From: Lama glama
Taxonomy: Eukaryota
NCBI GenBank assembly: GCA_028534125.1
Contig: CM052841.1
Location: 40,238,001-40,302,000 of the forward strand
Reading direction: 5' to 3'
Length of the DNA stretch: 64,000 nucleotides
Part shown: piece by piece, positions 13,633-27,310 of the stretch
Position numbering within the stretch: the stretch's first letter is position 1
Layout of the letters: each line of letters begins with the position of its first letter
Translations under genes and position numbers: made by a program
The notes under the pieces: generated by a model
What the model was told of the DNA's origin: nothing
What the model saw: the letters and a program-made list of their open reading frames with translations, nothing else
The model's database searches: none

Positions 13633-14174
13633 AAAGAATCATGACTTTTTTGAGTCTCAGTGTCCCTACTTATAAAAAGGGAAGCCTGGACTGGGTCACT
13701 AGCTTTCTAACCGGGTTCCATAGAGCCCTAGGGTGTTATGGAGATATTGCCAGAGCGGCTGCTGGAGTGAGAAAGGTGATGAGGGCACAACATAACGCCC
13801 AGGCAGACATGGGTTCTGAGGTTCCATAGAGAGCTGAGCCTCCATTTTGGAGCCAGAGCCTAATTCCTCTGGGTGACACAAAGAGGAGCCCGGGAGAGAG
13901 AGTAAGTTGAGGCAGACAGAGGGGAGGGGGTCAGAGGAGCCCCTGAGAAAACAAGCATGCTTCTCCATGCCCTCCATACAGCCAGTGGGCTGGGCCGAGT
14001 TCTCTGTTCACAAAAGCACACCTCCCACCAGCTCCCCATCACCTGCTGCATGGAGCCAAGGACACAGAGAACAAAACCTCATCAGTTAATCACGGGCCGT
14101 GTTCCCCATGCTGGGGAGCCTGAAAATCAAGCTGCAGTGAGTGCGCCGGGGCTGGACAGGCCCTGAAAGAAGTC

Positions 14175-14340
14175 CTGCACGGTGGTTAAAAGAAGGCCTT
14201 GGAAGACAGCCCCCCAAATGACTACCCAGCTATGTTGCCTTGGACTAGTTACTTAATCTTTCTGTGCCTCAGTTTCTTTATTGGTAAAATGGGCACCTAT
14301 ACTTCAAAGAGCGATGGTGAGGATCCAATGTCACACCAAG
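14175..14340 (+). mobile_element. MIR SINE
   Basis: agttacttaatctttctgtgcctcagtttctttattggtaaaatggg. Confidence 0.75.
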
Positions 14341-15644
14341 TGCCGTAAACAAGTACGAGAGAACCTAGCAGTGGCCTCCACGCCGCTGCTGTTATTACCG
14401 ACCCATCATTCCATAAACAGGTGAAAACAGAGGCACAGAACGTGCTGCCAGAGTCAGACAGCCAGCTCGCAGCCAAAAGCAGCTGGAAGTACTATTGACT
14501 GCCCACTCTAAGGCTGTGCTTCTCAAGGGGAACTGAGGCCCAGGGGTCACTTTGGTGGCAAGTGGCCATCCCGGATCTGCTTGGCTCAAGCCTGGGCTCC
14601 TTCCAAACCAGCACAAGAGAGGCCACGCTCTTCCCAGCAACATTACTCTCCGTACCAAAGATGCCTGCCCAGTTACTAGAAGCTAAGTGCACACATACAC
14701 ATAAGTATGACAGCAGCAAAAAACATCACCATAAGAGACTGAATGTAACTTGTTCCGTGCCACCTCCTGCTCCGCTGCCGACCCCAGCACGGCCTCCTTA
14801 TCCTGCTCTCCCCCGGGAGCTTCAAGGCAGCTCAGTGAGCTATTTCCTGGAACATTTATGCCGTGCTGGCTCACCCCAGCCCCCATCCCTGCCATCAGTC
14901 CTGCGGTGACGGTGACGTTACACACAAAGAATTCCAAGTCAAAGAGAGCTGCCGCAAGGTCATCACAACCAGAAAACGTCCTGTTTAATCACCTATTTCC
15001 TTAAAAAACAAAAAAGGTAAAAAAAAAAAAGGGGGGTAAATTTAGGCATAGTCTCCAAGGTAGGAAGAAAGCACAGAGCAGCTATAGAAGAAAGCTTCTT
15101 CAGAGAGAGAAAGCCTGAGATATTAACAGATTTCTGGTGAACTCCAACTGCCCTGCCTTGGACCTGGCACCCGTGGGTGTGCCTCATTAAAAAGCCAAAG
15201 TCCCATAGGACAGTTCCACCCAGCTAACCATCTCCTCACTGCTGAGGTTCACGGCAGCACCCAGGAGGAGCCTGGCTCCACTCCAAAGAGGCCAGGCAGT
15301 GGTGGACACTCCCCAGAGCCTGGGCTCCCGGCAGGTGTCCCAGCCCCACCTCCTTCAGCTCCTTGCCTCCATGTTCTATAGATGCAGGTCTGAGCCTCTC
15401 ACTTCTACTTGTCCTCAGTCTCCCTCACCTGTGAAATGAGACAACACCTCCTTTGCAGGGACACGGTGAGGTTTAATGAGTGGGTATGTCAAAGGGCCTA
15501 GTACAGAGCCTGGGACCTGGCAGGGGCTCCAGCTTCAATGGCTTCTGCCATTTCCTCATGTCCCAGAGACCCCAGCATTAAACATAACATTACACTTTCT
15601 TCAGCAAGATACCCCAAAGACTGCCTGCTGAGCACAGGCCACGC

Positions 15645-15780
15645 TTGCCAGTCTGTCTCCAACTTACTGTGTGTCCTCGGGCAAGTCCCCCCTCCCTCCT
15701 AGCCTCAGTTTCCCCATCTGTAAGATGAGGCTGTTGGGTTTTGATGACCTCAAAGATCCTTTGCTGTGCTGACGTATGAA
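15645..15780 (+). mobile_element. MIR SINE
   Basis: ctgtgtgtcctcgggcaagtc...gcctcagtttccccatctgtaagatgagg. Confidence 0.75.
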
Positions 15781-16605
15781 TATGTCAGAGTCCCAGAGTC
15801 ACTCCTGGATCTACCACCCCCTTAAACCTGGGCTGAGGCCCGCTGAATGCAAGACTGGCGGGAGCTACAGGGAGGGCAGGGCCCCGAGGGCTGAGCTGGG
15901 CCAGGGCTGCTTCATGGAGCCTGGTGCAGGTCCTGGGACGTGGGTGGAGGTGAGGTGATGTGACAGCGGGAACGAGTGTTACTGCAGGCCTCAGGTGAAG
16001 ATTCTGCCAGCAGACCTGCTTCCCTGAGTTGCTGGAAGAGAGCAGGCTGCCCCACCCTTAGGTCCCCGGCCCCAAACACACACTCAGCAATTGGCCTCTT
16101 GCCCATCAGAGGCTGCTTTACCAGGAGAGACTAGGAAAATGGGAGAGGGCACAAGACGTGGCCCTCCAGTAGTCCGGCTGAAGTCCCTATGGGTCAACTG
16201 CTTCCTGCCTCAGCCCTTCACCAAGTGGCCAGGTGTTCTGGAGGCCTCAAAACTGGGGGCCACCTGTCCACACTCTGCAGCACGTTGTGCCCTGACTCAT
16301 GCCCCTGCCTTTTGCGGGGTCAGGGGGGCCCAACCCACACAGCTGCTCCTCTGTGTCCCTATCTTGGTTAACTGCACTTGGTACCCTGGTATCTGGACTG
16401 TCAGTGTGCCCTATTAGAGTCTTCCTGAGGTCGGTGAAACATGAACTGATATACTGCAGTGAAGATTCAACAGAGCGCTGCCTCCTTACCACCACTTTGA
16501 AAGCACAAACCTTCCCCTGTAGAGGCTGGCAGGGGATGGTGTGAAGGGGCAACCCCTCTACCCAGCTGCTGAGTTGTAAGTCTCTGTGCCACGGGCTCCG
16601 CTTAC

Positions 16606-16726
16606 CTGTCATAATCCTCTGGGCCTCGTAGGGCTCCATGTAGCCGGCACTCTCCCCCTTTCCTGCTTTGCTTTTGAGATCATTCTTGGCATCAAAGGGA
16701 TCTGAGTAGTCATCAGCGATGGTCAC
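16606..16726 (-). CDS. SHB: SHB coding exon 2 (121 nt)
   Basis: Translates VTIADDYSDPFDAKNDLKSKAGKGESAGYMEPYEAQRIMT plus 1 nt, in frame with exon 1. Acceptor cttcttccctgcag|GTG with a CTCAC branch-point match (A at 16751). Donor CAG|gtaagc. Confidence 0.97.
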
Positions 16727-19700
16727 CTGCAGGGAAGAAGATGGCAGGGGTGAGTCCACCTGTGGCTTTCTACTTCACTTCTGTTCACAGCCAGGCTTGG
16801 CTCCAACAAATATAAACTGAGCCTGCGCCAGACAGGCCAGGAGTCAGGAGCAGAAGCAGGAACCAGAGATGGTGTCCACCCTCAGGGAGCTCTGACTCTC
16901 ACAGGGGTAACAAAGGGACCCAGGCTGGCAGTACTCCCTCTCGAGGGAGGGGCCCGAGTCTGGGCGTGTAGGGTGGCCACTCCTGGCACAGTGAAGTGAG
17001 AACAGAAGGGCATCCAAGTGGACAAGCACAGAGGCAAGAACCTGGACGGTGTCCTCAGGGAATACGATTTGCTCAATTTAATGGAATGGAAACGGAGTAA
17101 ATTTGGAAAGGAGCTCACAGAAAGCCTGGAAATGCTGACACGCTCCTGGTGCCAGCTGAGGCAGAGAAGAGCTTGTCTACAGATAATTACGTCCAGCGTT
17201 CCATTTTCCCCAAATCTGGAACACAACCATGCCTTGGGTAATCAGACAACAATTTGGTGAGGTCAACGCTCTGCAAAGATGACTGTGGCTCCAGACAGGC
17301 CCAGTGAGAACACAAAAGCAGCTCAGGGATGGATGGACAGACAGACTGCCAGGGCAAGAAAGGGCCCTGGAAGCAACACATAGGAAGACCCTCCTATAAC
17401 AGATGCAGAAACTGGCTCCAGAGCGGGCAGGGCTCAACCCAGACCGTCGGCTGGATGCTCTGCCTCCCAGGACCCTTCCTGGCCTCCTCGTTTGCCTGTA
17501 TTCCAGAAAACAGTAAAGTTCTACAACAAACAGAGCAGTCACCTGGGGGTAGGCAGTAGGGGCAGCGAGGGGAGTTCCCTGAGAGTGTGGGAATCTGGGA
17601 TTTGAACACTTCAGAGACAAAGTTCCATTTTCCCTGGAGAAGGGTGAAAGTTCTCGGTAGAAGGCTGAGCAAACACGGCAACTTTTCCTCCCATTTCTTA
17701 CTTCCTAACCTTCAAGCGGGGCACCTTCACCAAAGGGGAAAGGACAGGAACCTGCCAAACCTGTTCCCTTTCAATGCACACTTGCTCCACCACAAACTCA
17801 CTGTGACTTCTGCCTCTTTGGTCACACATCTGGCAAAAGGCAAATCCTCAGCCTTCCAGCCAGGGCCACCCAGCTGCCTCTCTTAGGAGGGGGTAGGTTA
17901 GCATTTCTCTTAACCCTTGGGGTTTCATGAATTGTTATTTAAATTGTGGGTTTAATTAGAAACCACAGGAGTCTCCGCTCTCTCTCAGCTCTTGGAATGT
18001 AAGGCATTTGAGGAGCCTGTAAACCCAGGGGAAGGGAAAAACCCTCTTTGTCTGCCGGGTAAATGGGAGTTTGTGGCAGCAGCCCTGGCAGGGTGAGCGA
18101 GTGACCTCCAGCTGCCAGGAACGGGATGCCCGCAGAGGGCCAGCAGGCAGCAGCCCTGTCACGGGCGTGCGGCCGGGGCGGGGGAGGGGGTGACGAGAGG
18201 CATAGCACACAGAGTCACTGCTCTTGGGACAAGAGCGGGCGCATCAGTGAAAGACCCAAGGCTGGAGCGCCCATCATCTGAGCATGAGCGGCCCCGCTGC
18301 CCTCGCTACACTGCATCTATGCGGCTGTGGGTCAGGCTCTTGAGTCCCAGCAGGGGAACTTTCAGGTACTGACATTGTTGTAATCGTGGCCTTTCTGGAG
18401 ACTCATTGAGCTCAAATGACACCAGGCAGGGAAAGATGGGGGTGGGGGAGCACTAGGGCCAGCAACGTCTTTCATATGCTATTTCTATGCAACCATTTGC
18501 AGAATGCATTAGAGAGAAAATCAGACACGTGAACCAGTGTCATACAGAACAGCTCAGATGCCGATCTGGTATAGGGTTTTGTGTCTCGGAGTTCAAGGGG
18601 CCAGAAGCGCAATGGAGAAAATGCTGAACCTGCTGTGGGTGACATCTAATCTCACTTCTCTCATCCTGGACTTCCTTACTGTCTCTTTTCAACATGAATA
18701 CCCTCCATTTAATCTGCAGTGAGGAAGGGAGCAAATATTTCCCCAAGAAAGTAAAATCATTCAGAGGGATTAGCTGAGGAGGGTGTTGGGCTGCAGGCTC
18801 CGTAATCTAGAAATCAACATTTCAACTCCTCTCGGAAGTGCTCTGTAATTTGCAAACACAGAGGCTTGCAGGATATAAACCAAATCTTTGTTCGCCCTGG
18901 GACGGGAGCTCTGGGAGGCCTTCGGTTCAGCAGGCGCTATCTGTATTTTCTAATTAAAATGAGATCTGAGCTCGGCTGTCACAGGGCCCTCCAGCTGCCT
19001 GCCCTGCTTACTTCCGTTTCAATAAGAATTTACAAATCCTAAAACCAGGAAAAGCCCCTGGTCTCTGTTGACATATGGTTCCAGTTATACCTGCTGACAG
19101 TTGAAAATCCTTCCGTTTAAAAAAAAACTTAAAATTCTGTTAGTTTAAGAAGCAAATCGGAAGGTTCCTAAAATGTATATTTAATCAATTTGCCTTCAAA
19201 CTTCAAAGTGAGGTTGGTAGAGGTGAGGGAATTTGAGGTTTGAGCAATGTGAAACTCGGCAAACACTCACTGAGTTGTCTGACCTTTTGTAAAATCATGT
19301 CCTGGTTTTTGGAGTAAAAATTTAACCAGGTGTTAGGAGAGTTGAGTGGGGAGTGTAACCACAGTGCTGTGTGATGTGCCCCAGGCCTCAGGCACGAGCA
19401 CTGGGCAGTGCGGTCACTGTCCAAGCTGCCCACGGCTCACTGTAAGTCAGGATGGCCAGGCAGGGGGCTTGAGTGAAGGCTGTTAATTTTCTGAATTAAA
19501 AGAAAGGGAATGAGTTTCTCCAGAAGCGGGCTTGGATTCCTGGTGGGGTTGCTTTCGCTTTGCTTTAAAACGCCCCAGTTAGTGGACAAGTCCCTTAAAT
19601 CTGATTGAACAATTCAAGCAGAAGGGAGCGAGCCGGGACTTCTCTGCAGGTCGGGTCACCTGGGCGCATGAGAAGCTCTCCCTGCTTTGATTTGGACTGG

Positions 19701-20384
19701 CAAAGACCTGGCAGGGCACTGGACCCTCCGTGTGGCCTGTTTGCCTTAGGGCAGGCGCGGGGCTGAGGGGAACCCAGGCCACCAGTCCCACCAGTCTACC
19801 AGAGAGCAGAGCAGCAGGAAGACGGGGCTGTCAGAACGCAGCTGCCTAACCGGTAGTCATCTTCTTTTGTTTTCTTGGCCTCCTAGGTTGGGCATACTGG
19901 CCCATCTCTGAAAAAGAAGCCAGGTTATGGCTAAACCCCAAGCAGGCCTTTTCTTGCTTTCAAACAAAACTGGAGAACCCAGGTCAGCCCAGTGCCCCTA
20001 AAAGACTTTCACAGGCTCATAAAGCAGTGAAATGGGTGGAAGGGGGAACAGGCTTGAGAGACCTGTTCTAACCTCCCATTGCCTTGTACATAGCCCACTG
20101 CAGTCCAGAGGGTTCTAGAATTCCACCACACCCAGCACCTCTCTGACAAGGCTCTGGGAGCTGGCTGCAGACTAGGAGTCGACTCCACTGGCCTCCTTTC
20201 TGTTTAGCACCACTCTGCTGGGTGGAACTGGTCCCTCCCCTCCAGCAGTCTGAGGCTGAGGGTTTCTATCCTGGGGATTTAGCTTTGTAATAGGAGGTAG
20301 TCTTCCTATTCATCCCCAAGGGAAGACGTAGAGGAAGGTGGGTGCCATCACTTGGCTACGTGGCCACACACTTTAGTGAGACAG

Positions 20385-21000
20385 TTGCACCTGTGTGGGG
20401 CACTGGATCCTCTCCACAGGCTCTGGGTGGAAGGGTGAATTGGCAGAGCCACTTTGAAGGATAACTTTGGGCAGAATCCATTAAAATCCAAAAATGCACA
20501 TGGGTTGACCCAGTGACTTCACTTTTCAGTACTTATTCCCAAATGTGCACAGGGAGACATGGGCAAGGATGCTCCCTGGAGCAAGTGATAAAGAGCCCCT
20601 GCTATATCCATCAAAGGGGAACTGCTAAATAAACCATGCCAGTTTCATATTATGGATTATGCAGCAGGTTAAAAAAAAGCAGTCGCTCTATAGCTATCTA
20701 CCTGCACTAACTTAGTTCTCCATGACATAGCTCTGAATGGAAAGTAAGCAGGTTATAGAATGATACATACAAGATGATACCTATTTATGAAAAACAAAAC
20801 AGAAACCTGTATCTCTATTTAATGTAAAGAAAACGTCTAGGGAGACAGACACTTCAGACTGGTATCTCCTCTGGGAGGAGAGGGGACTGGGAGTGAGGTA
20901 ATGAGCAGAAATAAAAGGAAACTTGTCTATAATGTTAACACATTTTTCAAACAAACAAACAAAAAGCCTTACTAATGTAATATACACAAAACCAAACTTT
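20385..21000 (+). mobile_element. Ancient L1 (L1ME-like) 3' fragment
   Basis: Degenerate ORF2-end/3'UTR motifs (ccactttgaagg...tatccatcaaaggggaactgctaaataaac...attatgcagcaggttaaaaa). Confidence 0.65.
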
Positions 21001-21044
21001 TAAAAGTCTCCTTTTCACAGGTTATTTTTGGTACAGATAGATAA

Positions 21045-21178
21045 ACTGTTTCCCAAACTTGCCTGAAGATAGGCATGGCCTGGAACCTTTGTTTAAAAAA
21101 GCAGATTCCTAGCCCCAATAATTTGTATATTTAATAAGCAACTTGGGTGATTCTTATGAGTAAAGTTTAGGAAATGTT
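21045..21178. mobile_element. MER5-family DNA transposon remnant
   Basis: tttcccaaactt...gcagattcctagcccc...ggtgattcttatg...aagtttaggaaa with degenerate terminal inverted repeats. Confidence 0.6.
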
Positions 21179-24100
21179 AAGCTAGAGCCAGCCCTCTGGC
21201 CCACCAATCAAAAGCTAAACCTCCAGATATTACTCTGGAATTTCAATTTTCCCAGGTATTTCTCAGCCCTATTCATTAAAGTGAAGCAAGAAGTCAGTGT
21301 TAAATGCAGCTCTCTCTTGCTTTCTTCCCTGCGGATAAACTGGAGTGAGGTGATCCCACAGGCATTGGTCCATCTCCAGGATCTGAGACGTGGAGGTAAT
21401 GGCATCCTCTGTGCAATCTTGTGGGCTGGCCCAGATTGAGCAACACTCCTGAGCAGGGGGAGGCAAGACCCTGCCCTGCCCCACGAGGGAGGCCCAGGCC
21501 CACGCTGATCCTGGCTGTGAACATGTGCAAGGCAATCTGTTTAGAAGCACAGACTCTTTCATGCCAAGACTACCTGGCTCTCAGCAAACTCTCCAGGAAG
21601 ATCACTCCAGGGAGGGCTGTCAGGAATGTGGAGAAGAGACACTGCTGAAATGCACAGGCACCCCTGCTAAAATCACTCAAACTTGCTAAAAAGGAGGGAC
21701 ACAAGGAGAAGCAGTCGCCACCTTCCACGAGTGCGTGGCCCACACTGTCTCCACTGCCCCATTCACCTTCCTGTGCTCTACTGTCTGTGGGAACTGGCTC
21801 CCCCTTAGCCACTTGCTGGATGAGGCAAGAACAAGTCTCCCCAACTCTAGGCTGTTCTCCTTGCCCTGGAAAGTGAGGGGGCAGCACCCCATGAGGTCTT
21901 GGGTCCTTTCCAGGCCCATGACTTCTTTCTGCTCCCCTCCAAAGCAAAATGCATATGAACACACCTGGGAAAGTTCTATATGGTCCCAGTCGGGCCATTT
22001 CCTTAACAATTCACCATTAAGACTGCGTTAGCTTTCTTAACGGTTTGAGCGTCATGGATCTCTTTGGGAATCTTGTAACTGATGAAGTTGTTGCTCCCTC
22101 CATTATGTTTATATAGGCCCACAAAGTGTTGGGCACATTTGAGAAAGGTCAGGAGCCCCAGATTAAATGACCAAGCCCCCTGGCATTAGAGCTACTTTAA
22201 AAAAACAGCTAAGATGAGATGTACTCTCTCAGCCTTAGGCAAGGCAGCGAGTGCTGACTCTATCGCAATTCATCATACGCAACTGAAAATACGGAATGGT
22301 ATATAACTGGCTATCTCGCTGTGCGGGGCCGCAGGGCAAGCTGGGCGGGGGTACTATGAAGGGACAGCCTTGGGCACTTCATCTTGGCTTGCCAGCTTGA
22401 AACCCAGGAGCCACACAGAGGCAACCCGGCCCTCTTCCCCACTTTAGGGGCCAGGAGGGCTCTTTGAAGGTGAGCAAACAGCTCGCAGGGCATGAGATGG
22501 CAGCAGCAGCCAGATGGGTCCATGCCTCTGCCCCCATCTGGGGACTGGCAGACTGGAGTCCTGGTCTTCCTTTGGGACCTACTGTGACACAGGTCCTGGC
22601 AGGCCAGATGTCCCCCAAGATGGAGCCTCTGCTGCCACGCCAACCAAGAGATGGTGCTAATGAAACAGGGATCTGGGGGTCTGGAAAGGGCTTCCAATGA
22701 CCGGGGGCTGCCCAGAGAGGAGGCAGTGGACAGATGTTCTGCACGGACCCAGATTATACAGAAGCTAGCTTAGTGAGTCAGGAAGAACATCCAACAGCCA
22801 ATAAAAGGACTCGCTGCCTGGGAACAGGAGCTTCTGCCATTTGGGTGTCCAAGCAGAAGCTCTAAGGTGGGCGTCTGCTTTGGGAAGACTAACTGGATAA
22901 CACCTATCTGTGCTGTCACATTTAGCACAGTTTTGGCTGCCCCACAGCAGAACTTCAGCTTCAGGGAAGGCCTAGGTGGGTGGCTGTTTGCAGAACCCCC
23001 ATCATGACCGAGGCAGGTGGTGTTTCCAAAGCCCCAGAGCTGGACAGTGGCAGGTGGGCTGCGGAAACTGCTGGGGCTGTGCAAACACACAGAAAGACAA
23101 GTGGCACCCCAGAAAGGACAGCGCCAAGCAGGAACAGCCCAGGCAGTTCTGGAGCCGAGCTGGCTCTACTATACCCTTGCTGGGTAACTCTGCTTTATCT
23201 CTTTGAGCTTCAGCAACTCATCTGTGAAATGGGGCAAAATTGCTTTCTCAGCTTCACATGACTGTCATGAATAGCAAATAATGAGATGTTCTGGGGTTGT
23301 GTCAGTAGTTTATAAAGAACAGGCTATGGTGACAGCTCCCGGGTGCCCAGGATTGAGTTAAGTGCTGGTGTCTCTGCCCACAAGAAGCTGAAAATCTAGT
23401 GGGGAAGACAAAACAAAGACCTGAGAAGAAACCCCCATCAAGGGCGCAGTGATTACACAGAGAAAATTGGCTGCAATTAGGCATGACAACAGCTGTCACA
23501 TTTCTCAACCACAAAAGGAAAAATGCTTGTGAACGATCTTTTTTCCCCTCTTGTGCTATGGTAAGAGACACCTCCCAGTTGGGCCACCTGGCTAAGAGGT
23601 AGAGAACCTCAGGGCCCTCCCCTAACCCCTGTGTGCTGAGACGGCAGGGTGCTCCTGGTCCCCACCTGTGTCCAGGTCTCTGGAGTGGGGGGTGGGGGTG
23701 CCACAGAACCAGGCTGTACAGGGACAGACACAAGCAAGCAGCCCTCGCTCGCCTCGTTCTGTCCCTGGCTTTGACCATCATACACCAACTCTCCTTACAG
23801 GTGCACTAATTAATCATTTCTGACACAGCAAAAAAATTAATTTGGGCAAGATTAATTAGCTACATTCACACATTCAGCTGAAACTCCTGGAAATCAGATG
23901 GTGGGGAGGGTGTTTTTCCACACCGACCTCTGAGGACTGGTTCCCTTTCTCTCCTCTAAGGTCTGACTCAGACATGCAGAGTCACCTCAAAGTTCTAGGC
24001 CCCACTTTCATACGTGGCGGCCAGGTGTTTTGTCCATCTGGCTTCACGGTTCAGTCATTTGGGACAGCCGTCAGTACTCAAGTAGCTGCCATGTGTTTCT

Positions 24101-26911
24101 TCGTGCAGACCTTGGGTGCTTTACTGCAAACGCTTCTTTACAAACTAGCCAGTTACCTGGCCCACATGTCAGGAGGCGGTGGTCTCCACTGGTCTTTCCA
24201 GTCCTACCCCTCCCACGGCCACAGCTGCTTGCTTAGACACCTGCAGGCTCCAACTTGTCGGGGAAAAATGCATTCTAAATTACAGCCTCTGTCAGCGCCT
24301 CTAGGGCCCTGCTTGCTCGCCTCCCCCCTACTCACCCGCACACCCCACCCTCCTTCAGTTTCACCCTGTGGAGAAGGCTGTGGGTTCCAGGTGGGAGGCT
24401 GCTGGAGCAGAGCCTGGCACGGCCCTGTTTACCCCAGAACCTCACTGTTATGTGGCAGGGACCAGCTTCTCAGCATCTCTCAAGCAGTGGGAGGTTCTAT
24501 TTTGAACACAGAAATAGCTCAATCCTGGAATTTCTTAACTGCTTTCAGCCAGGGCTATGGATAGAGAATTCAGTGCATTCCTCCCAAGGACAGAAGCACC
24601 CGGGGGTCTGTGGCGTCATTACAGGTAAGGTTAGAGCTAAAGGGACCCTGGAGACAGTCTAGCCCTGTGGGTTTCAAACTTTTATGTGTGTAATCTGTGC
24701 AAAGGAAATCTCACCTGGAATCCCAATATGCACCACTATCCATAGCCTGAAAAGCATGAATCCACTGGGGAGCAGAAGGTCCTGGGAGTAAAGGTCAATG
24801 TCATAAACAGATAACCAAATGTTTCCTCACTCCCAGGTCCACATGGTTTCTGCAATACTTGGATGGCTATCTAATTTTTCTCTTGAAATCTTTCCTAAAA
24901 ATTTCAGACATACCCACCCCTCAGGAAAAGCCCCCTAGCTCCTCTTGCAAAGACCTCCAACCTCACCCGCATCCCCACCCACAGTTCCCTGTGGCAGGTG
25001 GGTGCCAGGCCAGGCTCAGCCCACCTGGGGTCACCCACTGGGCCTTCCTTCGTCCTCCCCGGAGCTCTGGCTCAACACTGCCCAGTCCTCCTCCAAACCC
25101 CATCAACCTCCCCTGACAGTCCCTTTTCCAAGCTTTCTGCTCAAGGGGGAACAGGTGCCCTCCTGGTGTTTGGGGCCACTCCCTAGAAAGTGCTCACAGA
25201 TCAGACCAGGGACATGAAGGATAAGACCGAGATCTTCTTCTTTCCCTTGCAGGGCACTCAGGGCTGGAAGGATAGGAGACTGTCGCATCAGGATCTGAAA
25301 GTCAGTTACCTCTCTGTGCCGGAGCTTCTTCATCTATACAATGACAACGGGATGAGGACTCAATGAGCCATTCTGAGTGATGCACTTAGAAAGGGCCCGG
25401 CACACAGCAAGAACCCAAGAAACATCAGTTGCAATTATCATGCAACTATCATCATCTCAACCCATCATCCAACCTGATGGATTCTCTCCTCTTACTGAGG
25501 AGGAAACCAAGGCCAGGGAAGGGGAAGGGTCCTGTGGAGGTCACCCAGATATCCAGGAATAGAATGCTTAGTAGCAGGGTGACAAAACCGGACTCCTACC
25601 AAATCCCAGCCGCACGAGAACCTGTCATTTGGTAACCTACATATATATTTACAGCCTGCCTATTTCCAAAACGGGTTTTAAACGGCTGAATTTGAGCTGT
25701 TTTTCCGTCCCATCTGCAACTCCCTTCCCAGGAAACAATTGGGAATGCCCGTGAGGCTTTCTCACGGTAAATAGGAGGCTCTGTCTAGTAAGAACAACTT
25801 TTCCAGTGGACTCACAGGAAAAGTATGTGAAGCAAAAACACAGCACCTAGAAACCAAGGCCTTTCCTGAGGGCTGCAGCACCTCTGGAAATTGGACCTCT
25901 GAGCCCTGTGCAGGGCCCAGGAGTGAGCAGGAATGGCCTTCCCACCAGCATGTGCTCTGTGCTCAGGGCCGAGATTAAGGGGAGAGAGGGCTCAGGCTGG
26001 CACAGTGCATTTCAATAATCAGCAACAGTGGTGCAGGACTCGTACTAAGCCAAGGGTCTTCTCTCCGAATGAGGCCCATTAGGATGAGTCATGCACATTT
26101 CCAACATGGGAGCCTCAAGGCAGGCCAGGCCGACTGCCTTTCAGACACGAGCAGCACCAAATAGCTGCCCACCCCCAGAGTCACTGGCTTTTTATTGAGG
26201 ACACGAAGCATCGGCCATAATTACCACCAACATCACCACCACCGTATTTGAGGGTTTCCAATTATATTCAGCTTAATAGCCGGTGCTCAATAAATGGTGA
26301 TTCACTTTTTAAAATAATGCAACTTCTTGAATCCTCCAGCAACCAAGCTTTGATTAACTCTTTCTCACGTGCTGTCCTCTAGGCCAAGAAGCTGTCCTTG
26401 AACCTCAAAGCACTTTTTCTTATATGTACTTGGCACCCTCCTAATGTATGGGAAAGTTACTGAGGACAGAGCTTTGCAATGTCATACGCCTGTAACAGTG
26501 TCAGTGGCTTGTTCAATACTCCATGTTTATGGTGTGCCAGGTGATAAGCTCTTTGCTGGGAGGCAGGTTCCCTCCACACAGCAGCCAGCCTCTGGGGCAC
26601 AGCAGAGCCCCCACAAGGTGTGCTGGGCAGGAGCTGGGGCCTGCAGGGACGTACAGGGCAGTACTGGACTCAGAGACTGGAGCTTCAGCGCTTCCTGGCT
26701 TCTTAATCAGCTGTGGGGCTCTGGGTATGTCCTCTTCTCTGAGCCTGAGCTCTCCCACCTTCACAGGAAAACACCTTTCTCCAGGGGTAGAAGGAGACTG
26801 AGTCAATGGACCAAGGGATAACACAATGGCCAGCACACTCTGTTGGCACAGCCGAAGGCACTGGAGAACTCAAAAAGGATGTTATTCTACCTCTGACATG
26901 CCACAGGCCAG

Positions 26912-27310
26912 GTACCTTAGTCTGGGTTCCCCAGACCCTGAAGCTGGGACTCAGGTGCAAGCAGTTTATTTGGGAGCTGACACTTACAAGAGATGAGGAA
27001 ATGGGCAGCGGAGGGGAACGCAGTAGCTACCAAGGTGGACAACCGAGCACCACTCCACAGGGAAACCGTACACAACCCACTGCTCAGAATCACTTTACCA
27101 AGGGCGAGGGGATTGGGGACCAGACACCAGCTAACTCGTGCTCATCACTGTTGGAGGCTGCTCTTGGGCCCCGACCTCTGGCCTGCCTCACAAGTGGCTG
27201 CCTCATTCCAGGTTCTGCGTGAAGCCCTTGGGCAGAAATGTGGATACCAGCCAGCTGGAGAAGGGCTGACTGGCGAGCAGGAGGGACTTGGTGGGGCCTG
27301 ACAGCATCGG
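26912..27310 (-). mobile_element. ERVL solo LTR (LTR16-like)
   Basis: tagtctgggttccccagaccctgaag...gtgcaagcagtttatttgggag signature. Confidence 0.65.

Larger units (their letters stand above)
1..16605 (-). other. SHB: SHB intron 2 (partial, continues beyond the window)
   Basis: Starts at the GT donor at 16605. No SHB-like exon 3 peptide is recognisable in 1-16605. Confidence 0.85.

Noticed and set aside
16247-16759. 170-aa ORF as a standalone gene
   Set aside because: Only 16606-16726 is SHB exon 2; the flanks are intronic and the start lies in the branch-point region.
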